A stretch of 64,000 nt of DNA from Felis catus (taxonomy: Eukaryota): the NCBI RefSeq assembly GCF_018350175.1, contig NC_058368.1:6324001-6388000 (forward strand), given 5' to 3'. Both the position numbers and the translations under genes were made by a program. The notes under the pieces are model-generated. The model was not told where the DNA came from, searched no databases, and saw nothing but the letters and a program-made list of their open reading frames with translations. Below are positions 13,037 through 26,197 of this stretch, piece by piece (position 1 is the first letter of the stretch; every line of letters begins with the position of its first letter).

Positions 13037-14461
13037 GGCTTCGGTTCCTGCATACCTGTACATAACTGCTCTGTTCCAATAACAACGTTATGATTTGAGA
13101 GGCACAGAAAGAAGTGCTAAGGATCCTAAGCCAGGGTTGGGGAGGAAATTTTTACAGGAGCATATGGGTACTGTCTTGCCAGGTGATCTAGTTGTCAAGA
13201 GTGGATGGGAGGGTGAGAGAAAGGAGTGGTAGTATTAAAAATAGATACAAAAGTACAAGGTGAATTTTAGCTCTTGGTTTTATTTTTGGAATGAGAGCCA
13301 TAAATAGTCACAATCTTACCCATTCTTCATCCTTCTGGGCTTTTCACAGGGAACTCTTATCTAAGCACAGAAGATGCATAGTCAGATCTGAGCCTCAAAT
13401 ACATTTTATACCAAGAATTAGGAAAACTTCTAAAAAGTGTTATTGACAGGCCAGCAAGAGTGCTTCTCACTCAAAGAAGGGGGCACTTCCTGTCCCTGGA
13501 GGATGGGGAGTCCCAAGAATGGGCATCTCCTGGTATCACCAAGAGTTCAGTGCATCTCAGTTCTCCATAAAAACATCGAAATGCGCCTACTACTAATAGA
13601 ACGTAAGCTAAGATCTCATTAGTTTTAACGTGTCTAAGGTAATGCCATAACACAAGTTGTTTCTTCCTAAGAATCTGCCATTGTTAGTCTGTTATATTGT
13701 TCAGAGCAAACAAGCATAGTGAGTCTGTTTGGTGGAGGACGCTACCATGGGGACTCACAGATGCTTGGTGACATGAGCTGATGCCTGAGGTCTCCTATCT
13801 GTCAAGAGGAAGACCAGCCTCTGGACCGGAGACGTCCCACCACACAGGGGTTGTCCAGTGAAGCTATACTTGCTCTGCCTGTTCTACTTGTTTCCGTGTC
13901 TCAAGGGCAACCCTGGCTATGCACCAATCCCACCCACTTTAAACTAAGTAGCTTGTCTTCCGCTAATAAGTGTAAATAACTGAAGGACGTTTTCTGAGAT
14001 TGAACTGGGCACATCCTAGGCGTTTGAGTTAAAGAGGCAACCCACCCCTGATTTCAGATAGCACCCGAAAGGAGTAGTGACTGTCGGGGCGGGGGTGAGA
14101 GAGATTGTGTGGGAGGTAGCAAGCGTGGCCTTGCTCAGCCACATTGCCCTTTGCCCCCTGGCTTCCACGCCTGTGAAAAATGGGACCAAGGGAGTGGGAG
14201 TCAGAGGAATGTCAGGACTTTGTTAAGATTTCTGCTACTGGAGGCTTTCTGCTAGTTTTCTCTCATTCCTCTACATTTTAATAGAGAAGTTGAAGTTTCC
14301 CCACTACTTTAGGTTTCCACAAGAGTATTTCTGGGTACAATACAGCTTGACTTACGTGGTTTTCATTGTACTTTTTGATATTTTCAATATTCCTTCTCTT
14401 TCTCTAATTTGCAGAACGCTTAGATTTTCTTTAAAATTGTTTTTGCTTTCAATGCTAGTAC

Positions 14462-14605
14462 TTTTTTTTTTTTTTTTTTTTTTTTAAGTAGGCTTCACGT
14501 CCAGTGCAGTGACCAACATGGGGGCTTGAACTCAGGACACTGAGATCAAGACTGGAGCTAAGATCAAGAGTTGGATGCTTAACCGACTGCGCCACCCAGG
14601 AGCCC
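14462..14605 (-). mobile_element. Short/older CanSINE lacking the (CT)n block
   Basis: Poly-T tail followed by reverse SINE head; 'agtacttt' on both flanks. Confidence 0.85.
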
Positions 14606-14787
14606 AATCCCAGTACTTTTCAATTTTGTGTTTACTTTTGATTTGCTAGTCTCCATACTGACTTCTGGCTTCATACATTTTTTTCATTTTAATTGCAATA
14701 ATTTCACCTTTTCCATCCTTGTCTTTAATCTTTTATCCTTTCCACTTTTGCATTTTAATTTTTTACTTTTCTAGATTTTATTAAATC

Positions 14788-14999
14788 TTTTTTTAAATGT
14801 TTTATTTGTTTTTGAGACAGAGAGGGACAGAGCACAAGTAAGGGAGGGGCAGAGAGAGAGGGAGACACAGAATCTGAAGCAGGCTCCAGGCTCCGAGCTG
14901 TTGGCACATAGCCCGACGCGGGGCTCGAACCCACAGACCAAGAGATCATGACCTGAGCCGAAGTCGGACGCTTAACCGACTGAGCCACCCAGGCGCCCC
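14788..14999 (-). mobile_element. CanSINE (SINEC_Fc-type)
   Basis: Full body; TSD 'tacttttctagatttta' at 14764-14780 and 15000-15016. Confidence 0.96.
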
Positions 15000-16199
15000 T
15001 ACTTTTCTAGATTTTAAATCTAAATTTTATTTACCCGATCACCATCTTATTATTTAAACAGTTTTGACTTTCAGTCTTGGATGTGGCTTAATGAATTCAC
15101 TTAAAATAGTGAATTGATGTTTTAAAATACCATTATTTAATCTTAACTTATTAGATTTATTCTTATCTTAAACCACTACCTTCCCTTTTAGTCTTGCCTT
15201 TCTCTTATATTTTAAATACTTTCATTTTCATTTTATTTTAGGGATCACACATTGTTTAGAATTTTATTTTGGGGATCACGAAGATCAGACAAGAAACAAA
15301 TGTACGTGACTTAAGCTGGATATAAGGTGATAGGAGAGTAGATAGCACAGGTACCTGGAGATAGCACATCCTGCCTAGAAGACCCATATGAAGACAAACC
15401 ACATGGGAGAAAATATCTAGGAAAAAAAAAAATAGGAGCTAATAATGGTGCTAACTTTTGAGTGGGATTATAGTTTGTTTTTTTCTTTTTGTTTGTCTCT
15501 ATTTTCAAAATCTTACAAACGTCAATCACAATGCGTTGGTAATTATGGGAGGAGAGTAAACACAAAAGCGAAAGACAACATAAGGAAAATACTATTCCAG
15601 CCAGACAAACACATCTGCCGGCTGTATGTGGCCCGCAGGCTCCAGCGTGTGACCTTGACTTATTTTCCCAACGGCAGGAAAGAAGCTTACGCTGCAAAGA
15701 GGGGAAGCTGGAGCCACCCTCCTGCCCTCCTACTCGGGCTCCGTGCCTCTCAAGGAGAGTTCTCCCCGAAGCTTTAGCTGTTGGGTCTTGATGTTCCATC
15801 AGCAAAATTTCTTGCCAGTAAAACATAAGGAGCACTTTGTACATTCCAAGTGCTCCTGTTTCTTCTGAGCCACTGAATACTTTTTATTTAACAGCTACCG
15901 GGAGTCATTTCATTCTTTGGGTTGAATAGAATAGAATGGTTGCTATTCATGATTTTAGCATGATCTCTCAAGTGTCCAACTCACATATGTTTGTTCTTTG
16001 GTTTCCTCACTACTTTTTAATCCCGTGTTGCTGAATACATGCTGGGAGACACCTTAAGTCAGCTTTGAAATAACATAGGGTATACATACAGTAATTGACT
16101 AAATGCGTGGGAACTGCCTCAGTTTACCTCCTCAGTCTCATTTCCGTAAAACTCTTTCCACACTGCTTGTCTACACACACACGCACACACCCCATATGC

Positions 16200-17730
16200 A
16201 TCAGTTTCCCGGAGATATCCAGAATTAACGGAGATACTTACCTGAATTCACCATGCATCCTTCGTGCTTTGCATTTGGTCTCACCTCTGCCTGGAGTTGG
16301 CCCTTTGTTTATCTTACTGATTCCTACTCATTCTTTCGGAGTTTGAATCTTCTGTTCGCATAGCCTTCTTCAGTTTCCCTTTTCTGCCTTGCCACTTAGA
16401 TGCTTCTCCCAGTGCTCATAGAACCCTCTAGAATAGTGTGTTGGCCTATTTGCTTCTCTTGATCTTCTCCCCTAAACTGGGAATTCTCTGGTGGCTGGGA
16501 CTTAATCATTTCTTCAACACTTCCATTAAGTACAAGGAAAATGTTCCAGACACGTGTCCACACTGAAATGAGTGACAAAACATAAAACTGAAACCAGGAC
16601 ACTTTTAGGGGCATGGGCCTTTGTTTGGGTGGATTAATACATTCCATATAGATTTGATCTAGTCATTTAACCATGCATCAATGTCAACGAATGACGTTAC
16701 CTTAAATCGCTTGGATCTCCCTGGAGAGCAAGGTTTCACTCTGTTACTATCTGTCATGACAGATCACTTGGTTTGCTACACTGACCTGGCATTCAGTCGT
16801 GTAGAGAGATGGTTCAGGTTTTCAGATTCTGCGTGATTAAACCTCCGCACAAATAGTGTTTATGCATTTTTATCTTTTCATTTGTATAGCACCCAATACA
16901 TTTCCTTAGCATTCACCACACAACTCCGGATGTTTTCCCTCAAACCTGCTGTTTCTCTGGTCTACCTGTCTGTAAATACCTCCTCCCGCTCCTCCTGCAG
17001 AAGCTTGAAACCTGGGAAGAGTGTCTGACATTTTTAATCCCCTCCTCTTCCAGCCCATGGCCAAACCCCACGGATCGTACCCTACGACGCACCCCACATC
17101 TGCTCTTTCCTTTCCGTTCTCCTTGCTACTTTCTCGGTTTGGGCCTTCATTGCCTGTCACTCACGGTGAGAACTTAATGACTCGTCTCTCCTCCGTGATC
17201 CGCTACACCTGGATGAGAGGAAGCTTCACCAGGCCTGCCCGCTCTCCCTTGCACTCTTGTCCACAGCACTGGGCCCAACCTCCAGGCTTACACGTGTTCA
17301 ATGGACAGGCTCTCCAGAGGCTCCTCACAATCTATGTCTGAATTCCTTACAAGACACGAGTGACCCTACCTAGTTACGTTCTGGTCTCTTCTCCTAGCTT
17401 CTCTGCAACCCGCTCCAGCATTTCCCAGTTCTCTAGCCTGTCCTATGTCATGTCACACCCCGGGGTGTCCTTGCCCAGCTATCTCTGCTTGTCAAAGTGA
17501 CATCCGCTTCTCAAGGTTCAACTTGGTTGGAACCTCTTCCATGCTTCCACTTGGATGCATATATTTTCCCTCTCAATGATATTCCGGTGGAATTTATCTT
17601 ATAATTTACTCCTCTCCCAGAACCTACTACATTTTTTTTCTTGACTTACATCTTTTTTTTTTTTTTTTCATTTGAAAACATGCCTGAGTTTCCCTTTCCA
17701 GGATGGGGGGATTCTCCCGGAGAGCAGGAA
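16200..17730 (+). mobile_element. Fragmented L2 relics
   Basis: Pyrimidine-rich L2-like motifs ('gaaacctgggaag', 'cccttcttctcc', 'ttctcaaggttcaact') in several pieces. Confidence 0.5.
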
Positions 17731-17741
17731 AAAACATTATA

Positions 17742-18579
17742 GAGTAAAACCTTGAATGGCGAGTAACTTGTTTTGCGAGTGTTCTGCAAGACGAGCAAAC
17801 ATTTCTAATAAATTCTAACTTGACAAAGGAGTGACGTTTTGCAATATGAGTAGTACGAGATGCCGAAGGTCATGTGATCACCACTGAGCCAATGGTTCTC
17901 TCTCTGTGGGTGATCGCCTCCCATGCTCGGATGCTCGGTCTCAGGCGTCGGTATTTGGCAGAAATCAGTGATTTTTCAGAACGTTGGAAGGTGCCCACAA
18001 TTGGTACTAGTGTATCTATTGTCCCTTCAAAGCACCTATGGACAGTCCTTAGCTTTTCCAGACAAGAGAAAGCTTAGGGATGCTTAGCTTCACTCTAGGT
18101 CAGGCTGCCTGCAGATGTAGACCCTTTCCTCTGCTGCCTTATTGCCAGTTACATTATATACAGTGAATGACAAGAGTTTATGAATACTGTACCGCAGTCA
18201 ACATCCAGGTGAGCATATACAATGGCCCCATGCAGAAAAAGATTCCAGTGAGCCAACAGATAGCAGTGATTCCGGTAGTGATAGTCAAAGTCGTCCTACA
18301 CAATAACCCTCCTCTCTCTTGTCTCCCTCATACCAGCCATGAAGGTTTTCAAAGGTAAGTGCAGGTTAATTTCTTTGTTCTTTATATTTTGTATTTTCCT
18401 TATTATTTTGTATTATATTCCAGTATTGTAATCATTTTTACAAGAATATTTTTGGGTTGTGGAACCAATCATCTGAGCCCCCATTATTTCTTATGGGGAC
18501 ATTTGCTTGGATAGACAAGTGCTTTGGATGACAAACATGTTTCCGGAATGAATTATCCTGGAAAACCAAAGTTTCACCG
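17742..18579. mobile_element. Non-autonomous TcMar-Tigger-like DNA transposon
   Basis: TA on both sides (17740-41, 18580-81); degenerate TIRs gagtaaaaccttgaatggcgag and (rc) cggtgaaactttggttttccag. Confidence 0.75.
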
Positions 18580-18713
18580 TACTGGGCTTAGCATCCTCTG
18601 GAACACCTTGCAAGCTGTGTCTCCTTTTCGAAGCGCTTACCAAATACAATTAGTCCTGTGTACGTAGCAAACCGAGAAAACCTGATGATCTCATATGGGT
18701 AGTGAGGGCCGGA

Positions 18714-18715
18714 GG

Positions 18716-18756
<41 letters not shown>

Positions 18757-18796
18757 AATAAATAAACATTAAAAAAATTAAAAAAACAAAAAAACA
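18714..18796 (+). mobile_element. 5'-truncated CanSINE tail: (CT)n + AATAAA + A-rich tail
   Basis: Direct inspection; no tRNA-like head upstream. Confidence 0.75.
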
Positions 18797-19589
18797 CCTA
18801 AATCTGTTAAGATCTCTAAATTTTATAAGAAAAGCCATTGCATAAATAACCCACATATAAATGGGTTTGGAATGGCTAACTAGCAAAACCCCCAGGCTCC
18901 AATGGTCAAGAGGAATGACTGATAATGAAGGCAGGTTCTTCAGGTAGCATCAATCTGGGAGTTATTTCCTTCCTGTCAAAGCCCAGGGGGCTTATATAAC
19001 TCCACCTTACTGCAGCACAGAGATAAAAGGCGTCCTGGGCAATTGCAGCAGGTAATTTTGCAGACTATGCACGGCAAGAGTGTTGCACGTTTGTTTCAGG
19101 AGCAAATTAGGAACAGTAATAGCCCAAGCAATAAAATGAAGACTCTGGATTTTTAATAACTGAATTCGGAGCAACTGCCCTTCAATTTTTCTAACAGTAG
19201 GAAGGCAAGGTACCCGTGGATTTAAAAGCAGCAGAGGTCCCGGACAGGGGCGAGCACACTGGAGGAAGGTCTCTGTGGGACCAGCACAGGGTCGTTGCCC
19301 TCAACATCAGGCTCCAAGATTTGTTTAAAAAAAAAACAACCTCTTATTGCAGGAAACAGGTGCACCCTATACCTTCTTTACTGCTTGCGTAAATATGCAG
19401 CATGAACTTCAGTTCACTTCGTAAGCTTTGGTGTCGTCGTTCCCACGTAACCCTTCCGCCTTGTTTGTAAAATACTGACTTCCAACAGATTCCCTTCAGG
19501 TAGTGGAGGAAGGGGATTTAATCAATCAACAAGTGCAGTCTGGAGAGGGAGAGGGTTGAAGATGAGGAATAATTAATGTTCTCTGAATA

Positions 19590-19735
19590 CCGGCAATCGT
19601 ACAACCCCATTTTTTATGTTCATTTTACACGAGGGAAATGGACAGGCTCTCCGAGACCGTAAGTTACCTTCCTCAGTACACAGCGGATGCGGAGTGGAAA
19701 CCCTCTGTGGTTTCACTCAAGAGCTCATGCCCTTT
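19590..19735 (-). mobile_element. MIR
   Basis: 'cattttacacgagggaaat...aagttaccttcctc' is the reverse MIR core. Confidence 0.5.
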
Positions 19736-20239
19736 GCATCCCGGTCCCCGGCCTCCTGAAGTTTGGGGTCCAGGGTAAGCAGACAAATGAATGGCGTCTA
19801 CTTATGGCCTGTGCTTATGTTCCTGTAACCCACTCCACAGCCAGATCACTTCAGATCCGGTATGCTTCCTCCCGTCTCCCCCCAGCAAGGTCAGGACTGT
19901 GTGTCTGTTGGATGAGGGTCAGGGGAAGCTGACAAGTGTCACGTGGGCCCGGGGCGGTGTGGAGGCAGGCAGCATGTGCAGGCCCTGGTGCTTGCCAGCC
20001 CAGCAGTCACGGGTTCACCTTCGTTCTTCCTGACGCTGTTGTCGTCGGCTTCCTGACCTTCGTGGGGGACAGAAGCCTGGGGAAATTTCTGAGCCTGATG
20101 CCTCTCAGAGCTCTCTGTTCGTGCTATTTGGATTGCTTGCATATTAGTTTTTCCTATGATATCATGAAAATCCATTCAACGAAGATTAGCTATATGCCTG
20201 CATGTGTTTGGGTCTGGGGATTCGAGAAGGGGAAGGGAG

Positions 20240-20750
20240 AGTGTCTGCCCTCTCGGAACTCGCTGGCTGGTGCGGGACTGTGAGACAGGGTAGGACAGGC
20301 ACGTGAAGAAGTGCAAGGGGAGTGCTTGGCGGGTGTGAGTACCCGCACGAAGGCTCCCGAGGTGGGGGGGGGCGTGTGAACTGCGTTGTGCAAAGTGAGC
20401 TTCCCAGGGGAAGAAAGGCAGGAAAGGTCTTCAGACAGAAAAGGTCCAGGCACACAGGAAGAATGCTAGGGATGCTTTGGGGAAACTAGTTGGAGCTGGT
20501 AATTGGTAAGGGTTTTATTTGACTTCCCCTGGAGATGGTAGGCGCCTCTGAAGGGTTCTGAGCAGAGGAGAGACACAATTCGATCTGTATTTGAAAAATC
20601 ACCCACGAGATAATGCAAAGACAGACCGAAGGGAAATGAAGCCATGGGAAACGTGTTAGAAAAACTACCCCGGCGCAGAAGGGGACCGCAGTGGCCTCAA
20701 GTTGAGTGGTGGCAATGGGGAAAGAGTAGGGGGACAGACTTGAGAGAATT
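20240..20750 (-). mobile_element. L2 fragment
   Basis: 'gaagggttctgagcagaggagagacacaattcgatctgtatttgaaaaatcac' is a reverse L2 motif. Confidence 0.65.
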
Positions 20751-20891
20751 CCCTGCCGTGGTGTCAGAAGGGCATGTACATAGCGCTCTGCTGTCTCGCT
20801 GAGTGACTTTCAGGGCTGCCCTGGCCCACTGGAAAAGCAGTTTTCCGTGAAAATATCATGTCAGTAACTCTGGTAAATAACATACTTTCTT

Positions 20892-21092
20892 GGGGCGCCC
20901 GGGTGGCTCAGTCGCTTGAGCGTCCGACTTCGGCTCAGGTCACGATCTCATGGTTCGTGAGTTCGAGCCCTGCGTCGGGCTCCCTGCTGTCAGCACAGAG
21001 CCCGCTTCGGATCCTCTGTCCCCCTCTATCCCTGTTCCCCCCACTTGCTCTCGCTCTCTCTTTCTCAAAAATAAATAAACATTAAAAATAAA
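20892..21092 (+). mobile_element. CanSINE (SINEC_Fc-type)
   Basis: Full body; imperfect TSD catactttct/catactctct. Confidence 0.95.
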
Positions 21093-22471
21093 ACCATACT
21101 CTCTGTGTCTTATCTGTAAAGTGGGCGTCACACCATGTATCCAACAGACACTGCGAACGTTAACTATACCAAGGCCGCCGTATGGCAAATAGTGAATTCA
21201 CAATTCATGTTATATTCACCTTCTCGTATTTTTCCTCTCTTAAAAATAAGGTTAATATCAATAGACTGCCCTGCTCTCATGAGATAACTGGCCTCACATT
21301 TCCAGTTAAGATAAAGTTCCTCATTTTTTCGGGGAAGGTTTGATTCTTGCGAGATGTGGGCATGTGGACGCGAGGATTTATTTCACTCTAGCGTCAAGAT
21401 AAACATAGATGCTCTCCTCCAAAAGAAAGCTAGACTAAGCGCAGCGTGTTTATAAAGATTTATGTACGGAGCTAAATTAATTCCTGAGAACTGAGGATTT
21501 GTAGTCATCACTCTACCTCATTCTGAGAACACATACAAATGGGCATGTCAAAAATGATGACAATTATTATGCCTTTGTAATTCGATTTCTTACATATTCT
21601 AATTATATTCTTTTAATTAGTAACCACTCTCGTTCTGGAGCTTCCCCAAAGTGAGACTGAACTCAGTTCCTGATGCAAAAACAGTTTGTAACTTTTATGT
21701 CACAGGACACGTTATTAAGTGAAAAGAATGACAATTGTGTTCTTCACCGAAGACTTAGTCATGGTGAGAGAGAACTTCAGCTAATCACCGAGCATGTATC
21801 TAATTTATAAAGCGTCTAATTCGTAAAAGTCACAGTGTCATCACTATCCGAATCGTCCGGTTAAAGTAAAAGATGATGCGAACACTACATTTGAACTTTG
21901 GGCATTTACCCAAGAGCTTGGCCAGGCAGGAGTAAAGAGGAACAAAGATGACACATTTCAAGAGGTTTAAAAAAATATCGTCTGGAAGATCTCATTAAGA
22001 ATACGCTCGAGATCTTGTTCAGTTGTCATCACCCTGGACAGCATGCGTTCAGCTGGCTGGTGGGTCCAGAACCGGCCGCATTTGATGAACGTCATTTCAC
22101 AAAACACGAATGATGGCTCGCTAGCCTTGCCTCACCAGAATTCTCCTTGGCCGGATGCCACACCACCAACCTCCCTGGCTCCCGAATTTGATTTTACCCG
22201 CTCAGCATGATCCCAGTTCACGGGGATAAGGACGTTCTATGTCAGACTGGCCAGGTATTTACAGAAAACAAAAGGGAAGTGATGCAGCTTGAGTAGTCAG
22301 ACATACCTTGTCTCCACGAGCCCATTTTAAAGGCTCTGCTTGTCTCTTATGTGCTAGAACAAGCCAGACATTTTTGCCCTTGGAGGTATATGCGGAGGTA
22401 TTTAAAGTGTCTTAGTGTCTGCGAATTGCCTCCAGGGGTTGACTGAAAAAAAAAAAGCCACGTGCACAGAG

Positions 22472-22474
<3 letters not shown>

Positions 22475-22515
<41 letters not shown>
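22475..22515. repeat. (GA)n microsatellite
   Basis: Direct inspection. Confidence 0.95.
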
Positions 22516-22517
<2 letters not shown>

Positions 22518-22869
22518 CTGACGAAGAATGAAGAAGCAAATATGGCGCTGTGTAGACATTTGGTGAATCTGGGTAAAAGGTTCATTGTGCCATTTTTTCT
22601 GTTTTTCTTTACACTTGAAAAATGTTCACTATAAAAATTGGAGCACACCCCCACATCAAAAAAAAAAAAGTATATGCGATAAACTTTTTAAGATTTAGCA
22701 ATAGTTGAAGGGTGATAGCATTTGTCTGTGAATGCATTGGAGGCCCATAAATAAAACAAAGGTGGCTTCTCCAAACATTTTTATTTCCTCTTTATTATGA
22801 TCACCTCATTACAGACCAGCGTTATAACAGTATCCTTGACCGTTAACTATGGTTCCCTTGTTTTAGTGA

Positions 22870-23490
22870 TTAACAGACTTTATTTTTTAGTATAGTTTTC
22901 GATTTACAGCATAGCTGGGCAGATAGTACATAGTATATACTCACCCCACCCCACCCCTCCACCCCTCACACAGTTTGTCCTATTATGAACACCTCACACA
23001 GTTTCTCCTGTTATTAACATCTTGTGCAGTTATAATTAATGGACTAATATTAACACATTTTTTATTAACTAAAGTCCATAGTTCACCTTAAGTTTCACTT
23101 CTGGGTTTTGCATTCTGTGGATTTTGACAAATACATAATGACAGGTACTTACCGTTATGTATCGTACAGAATAGTTTCCTTGCCCTAAAAATGCTCTGTG
23201 CTCTGCCGACTCACCCCTCCCGCCCCCAGCCCCTGGCAACCACTGATCTTTTTAGTTTTCATAGTTGTGCCTTTTCCAGAATCTCCTCGTTGGAATCGTA
23301 CAGAACGTAGCCTTTTTAGATACGCTTCTTTTGCTTAGTAACATACATGTAAGGTTCCCCATGTCTTTTCATGGCCCGATTACTCATTCTTTTTATCACC
23401 GAATCACATCCTCCTGTCTGGATGACCGGTTTGTTCATCCACTCACCTACTGAAGGACTTGGTTGCTTCCAGTGTTTGGTGATGATGAAG
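22870..23490 (-). mobile_element. L1 (L1MB/MC-type) 3' UTR
   Basis: 'ttattaactaaagtccatagttcac...cccctggcaaccactgatcttttt...ttgggttgcttccag'-like motifs. Confidence 0.85.
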
Positions 23491-23491
23491 A

Positions 23492-23584
23492 CCGATGCGG
23501 GGCTCGAACTCACGAACTATGAGATCGTGACCTGAGCCGGAATCAGGAGTGAGACGCTTAACTGAATGAGCCACCCAGGTGCCC
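23492..23584 (-). mobile_element. CanSINE head fragment
   Basis: Reverse SINE head only. Confidence 0.8.
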
Positions 23585-23595
23585 ATTGCTCATTT

Positions 23596-23681
23596 CTATT
23601 TATTTATTTATTTGTTTGTTTATTTATTTATAATATAACTTATTGTCAAATTGGCTTCCATACAACACCCTGTGCTCACCC
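23596..23681 (-). mobile_element. Extremely 5'-truncated carnivore/felid L1 3' tip
   Basis: 'ttattgtcaaattggcttccatacaacacc' as in the L1 end at 59520; (TTTA)n tail; TSD 'ttgctcattt' at 23586-23595 and 23682-23691. Confidence 0.85.
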
Positions 23682-23729
23682 TTGCTCATTTTTAAACTGG
23701 GTTGTTTGTTTTCTTGAGATTTGAATGAC

Positions 23730-23957
23730 TTTTTTTTTTTTTAATTTTTTTTTTCAACGCTTATTTATTTTTGGGACAGAGAGAGACAGAGCATAAACGG
23801 GGGAGGGGCAGAGAGAGAGGGAGACACAGAATCGGAAACAGGCTCCAGGCTCTGAGCCATCAGCCCAGAGCCTGACGCGGGGCTCGAACTCCCGGACCGC
23901 GAGATCGTGACCTGGCTGAAGTCGGACGCTTAACCGACTGCGCCACCCAGGCGCCCC
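23730..23957 (-). mobile_element. Young SINEC_Fc
   Basis: CpG-intact body with 'gccatcagcccagag' and 'cctggctgaag' variants; flanked by poly-T on both sides. Confidence 0.96.
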
Positions 23958-24039
23958 CTTTTTTTTTTTTTTTTTTAAAGTGGGTCATCTCATGAATAGG
24001 GGGTGGGTCCAATCATGTGTTCACTTATTCCACAACCAT

Positions 24040-24515
24040 GCCAGAAACTGCATTTCCCTTCTCCTTTACTAACAGAATCCTGACATCGTGGCAGACAAGG
24101 TCCCTGGCCTGAAATATTTAGTCTTTCAGACTCCTTTGAGAGGTGGTCAGTGTGACACAGGTCTGGCCCACAAGAAACAAAAACAGAGAGTGCTGGTTGG
24201 GGCTTCCCAGAAGGACTGTTAGAAAGGAAGACTCAGTCGGCATGCACCACTTCGATCTTTTGTCCTTACCTGTACCCCTACCATTTCCCAGAACGTGACA
24301 CAGTGCCCAGAAAGGGAGAGATCATCTTGTGAGGAGGAAGACAAAGTCACTTGACGAGTAGAGCCAATGGATAGACGGAATCTGGGGTATAATGACACCA
24401 TGGAGGTGTTGCAGAAGCCAGGACCGTCCCTAGACGTCCTGGTTTGTGATGAGAAGCACCCCCATTTGGTAAGCATTTTAGTCAAGTTTCTGTTACAGGC
24501 AACCAATGCATTCCC
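24040..24515 (+). mobile_element. ERVL-MaLR LTR (MLT1I/J-like)
   Basis: 'ctaacagaatcctga...tgtgacacaggtctggcc...gacaccatggag...tttctgttacaggcaaccaatgca'. Confidence 0.7.
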
Positions 24516-26091
24516 CGCTATGGCGACATTTTTCAAGCACCGTTCAGGGTGACACGCTGTCTCCCTGACAAGACTATTCTAAGCAATGTTTATTTAAAGG
24601 CCTGGTTCGCAGAAGTACTACATTTGAAAAAATTTCTGTATGTTATGGGCATGATTATATTTACGACATGTTCAGCACTGTGCTGGGCATCACGGGGAGA
24701 GGAAACGAGAGAATGAAATAATGAGGTTACCCGCATGGAACTTACCATCTGATTAGAGATAAGAGCGACCTACATGAAATAATCCTGAGCGCATCAGGAC
24801 GGTAAGATGAAGGGCTCATAGTGGGTATCAACAAGGTATAGCAGCAGCTCCCATAAGGTGAGGTCACTGAAGAAGAGAGGAAAGGGGAATGTGATTGTCA
24901 ACTCTGAAAACACACTTTGGGTGTCCTATAGCTTCACGTTTTTGCGTATTAAATCAATGACCTAAATATGGACAGGAAAGCTAGTGCCTGGGTAAGTGAA
25001 GACAAAATGAAGAAAAGTCATTTTAATTTGTATACCAATTCAGCTTTGAATTCAGAGGAAATTTATCACACTAGTACCAATATTTCAAATACAGAGGACT
25101 GTAAATAATTCACTAAAATTCTATTTACCTTATTAATTGCCAGTATATTTCATGTTGACGCGAAATGGAAACTGAGTGTATGTTATCTCAAAATAGACCC
25201 TTCCTTTGGTAGGTTAATGGATTTCACCCCAAGAGGGGCCCATGCTTTTTCTTACGCGTTTCTGGTGGTGCAAATTTCGCTAATACAGTTAGCGACTGCT
25301 ATTCATTTTTCCTAGCTTGCGGTTGCCAGTTACTAGCTGGAACAAAGGTGGGTAGTTATCACACGTCTGTACAGACAAGAGCAAGGCAATCTGAATTAGT
25401 TTTTCTTGGGCCTCTTTCCTGGGATTTGAAATTTTTTTTCTCAAGTTTTTCAATTTCAGCGATAGAAGAATAAAGGCTTGCAACTAAAATACAGATGACA
25501 TCTCTACCTAAAGTTTTTAAACCCCTTTTCTTCAGGACTTGGGGGCACGAGGACATACTTGGCTTTTCTTTTTTCTTCTCTTCCTTTCCTCTTCCATTCT
25601 TGAGTTTACGCCCGAGTCATCAAGTCAAGTCATCAAGTTTACGCCTGGCTGTGCTTCATTGCCACGGGGCTTAGTTTCAGGGTTATCAGATCTTTAATGG
25701 GCACTGTGGATTGTCTCACATCTGGGCTGGAGGGCGACTGGAGATAGGGTGAATCAAAAGGGAAGAATCTGTAGAAGGATAGGAGACTAGGCAGAATGTT
25801 AACGGATTGGAGAAGGGCATGGAACCAATAGATGACAATGGCTATAATCCTCTCAAGGTTGCCTGAACTTAACCCTGTAGGACGTCTGACTACCTACAGG
25901 TAGATGGGACTTGTTCGCAGGGGCCCTCAAAACCCGGGTAAGGTTAGGGTACGGGTGGAAACTCAAAGGGACTGCAGTGGGTCCATCGGTAGCAGAGGCG
26001 ATGGAAGGGCCCCTGATGATAAACTCAGCCGAAAGTAACCCCACCTCCCCACTCCGGGGCCGACTCCGGCCAAATCCTCATCCGGAGCCGC

Positions 26092-26197
26092 GGGCGGAGG
26101 ACTGATCGTGAGAGCCACCTCCTCCGCAATCCCCCGCCCCTCGGCGCCGACGCTCCGCGCTCCTTCCATTTCCCCATTGGCTGAGGCGCTCGCCAAT
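26092..26197 (+). promoter_or_regulatory. TATA-less proximal promoter elements (Sp/KLF GC boxes, NF-Y CCAAT boxes)
   Basis: GGGCGG 26092-26097, CCCCGCCCC within 26131-26140, ATTGG 26176-26180, CCAAT 26193-26197. Confidence 0.7.

Noticed and set aside
12753..13085. Pro/His/Ser repeat-protein ORFs
   Set aside because: They are translations of the (GGAT)n microsatellite.
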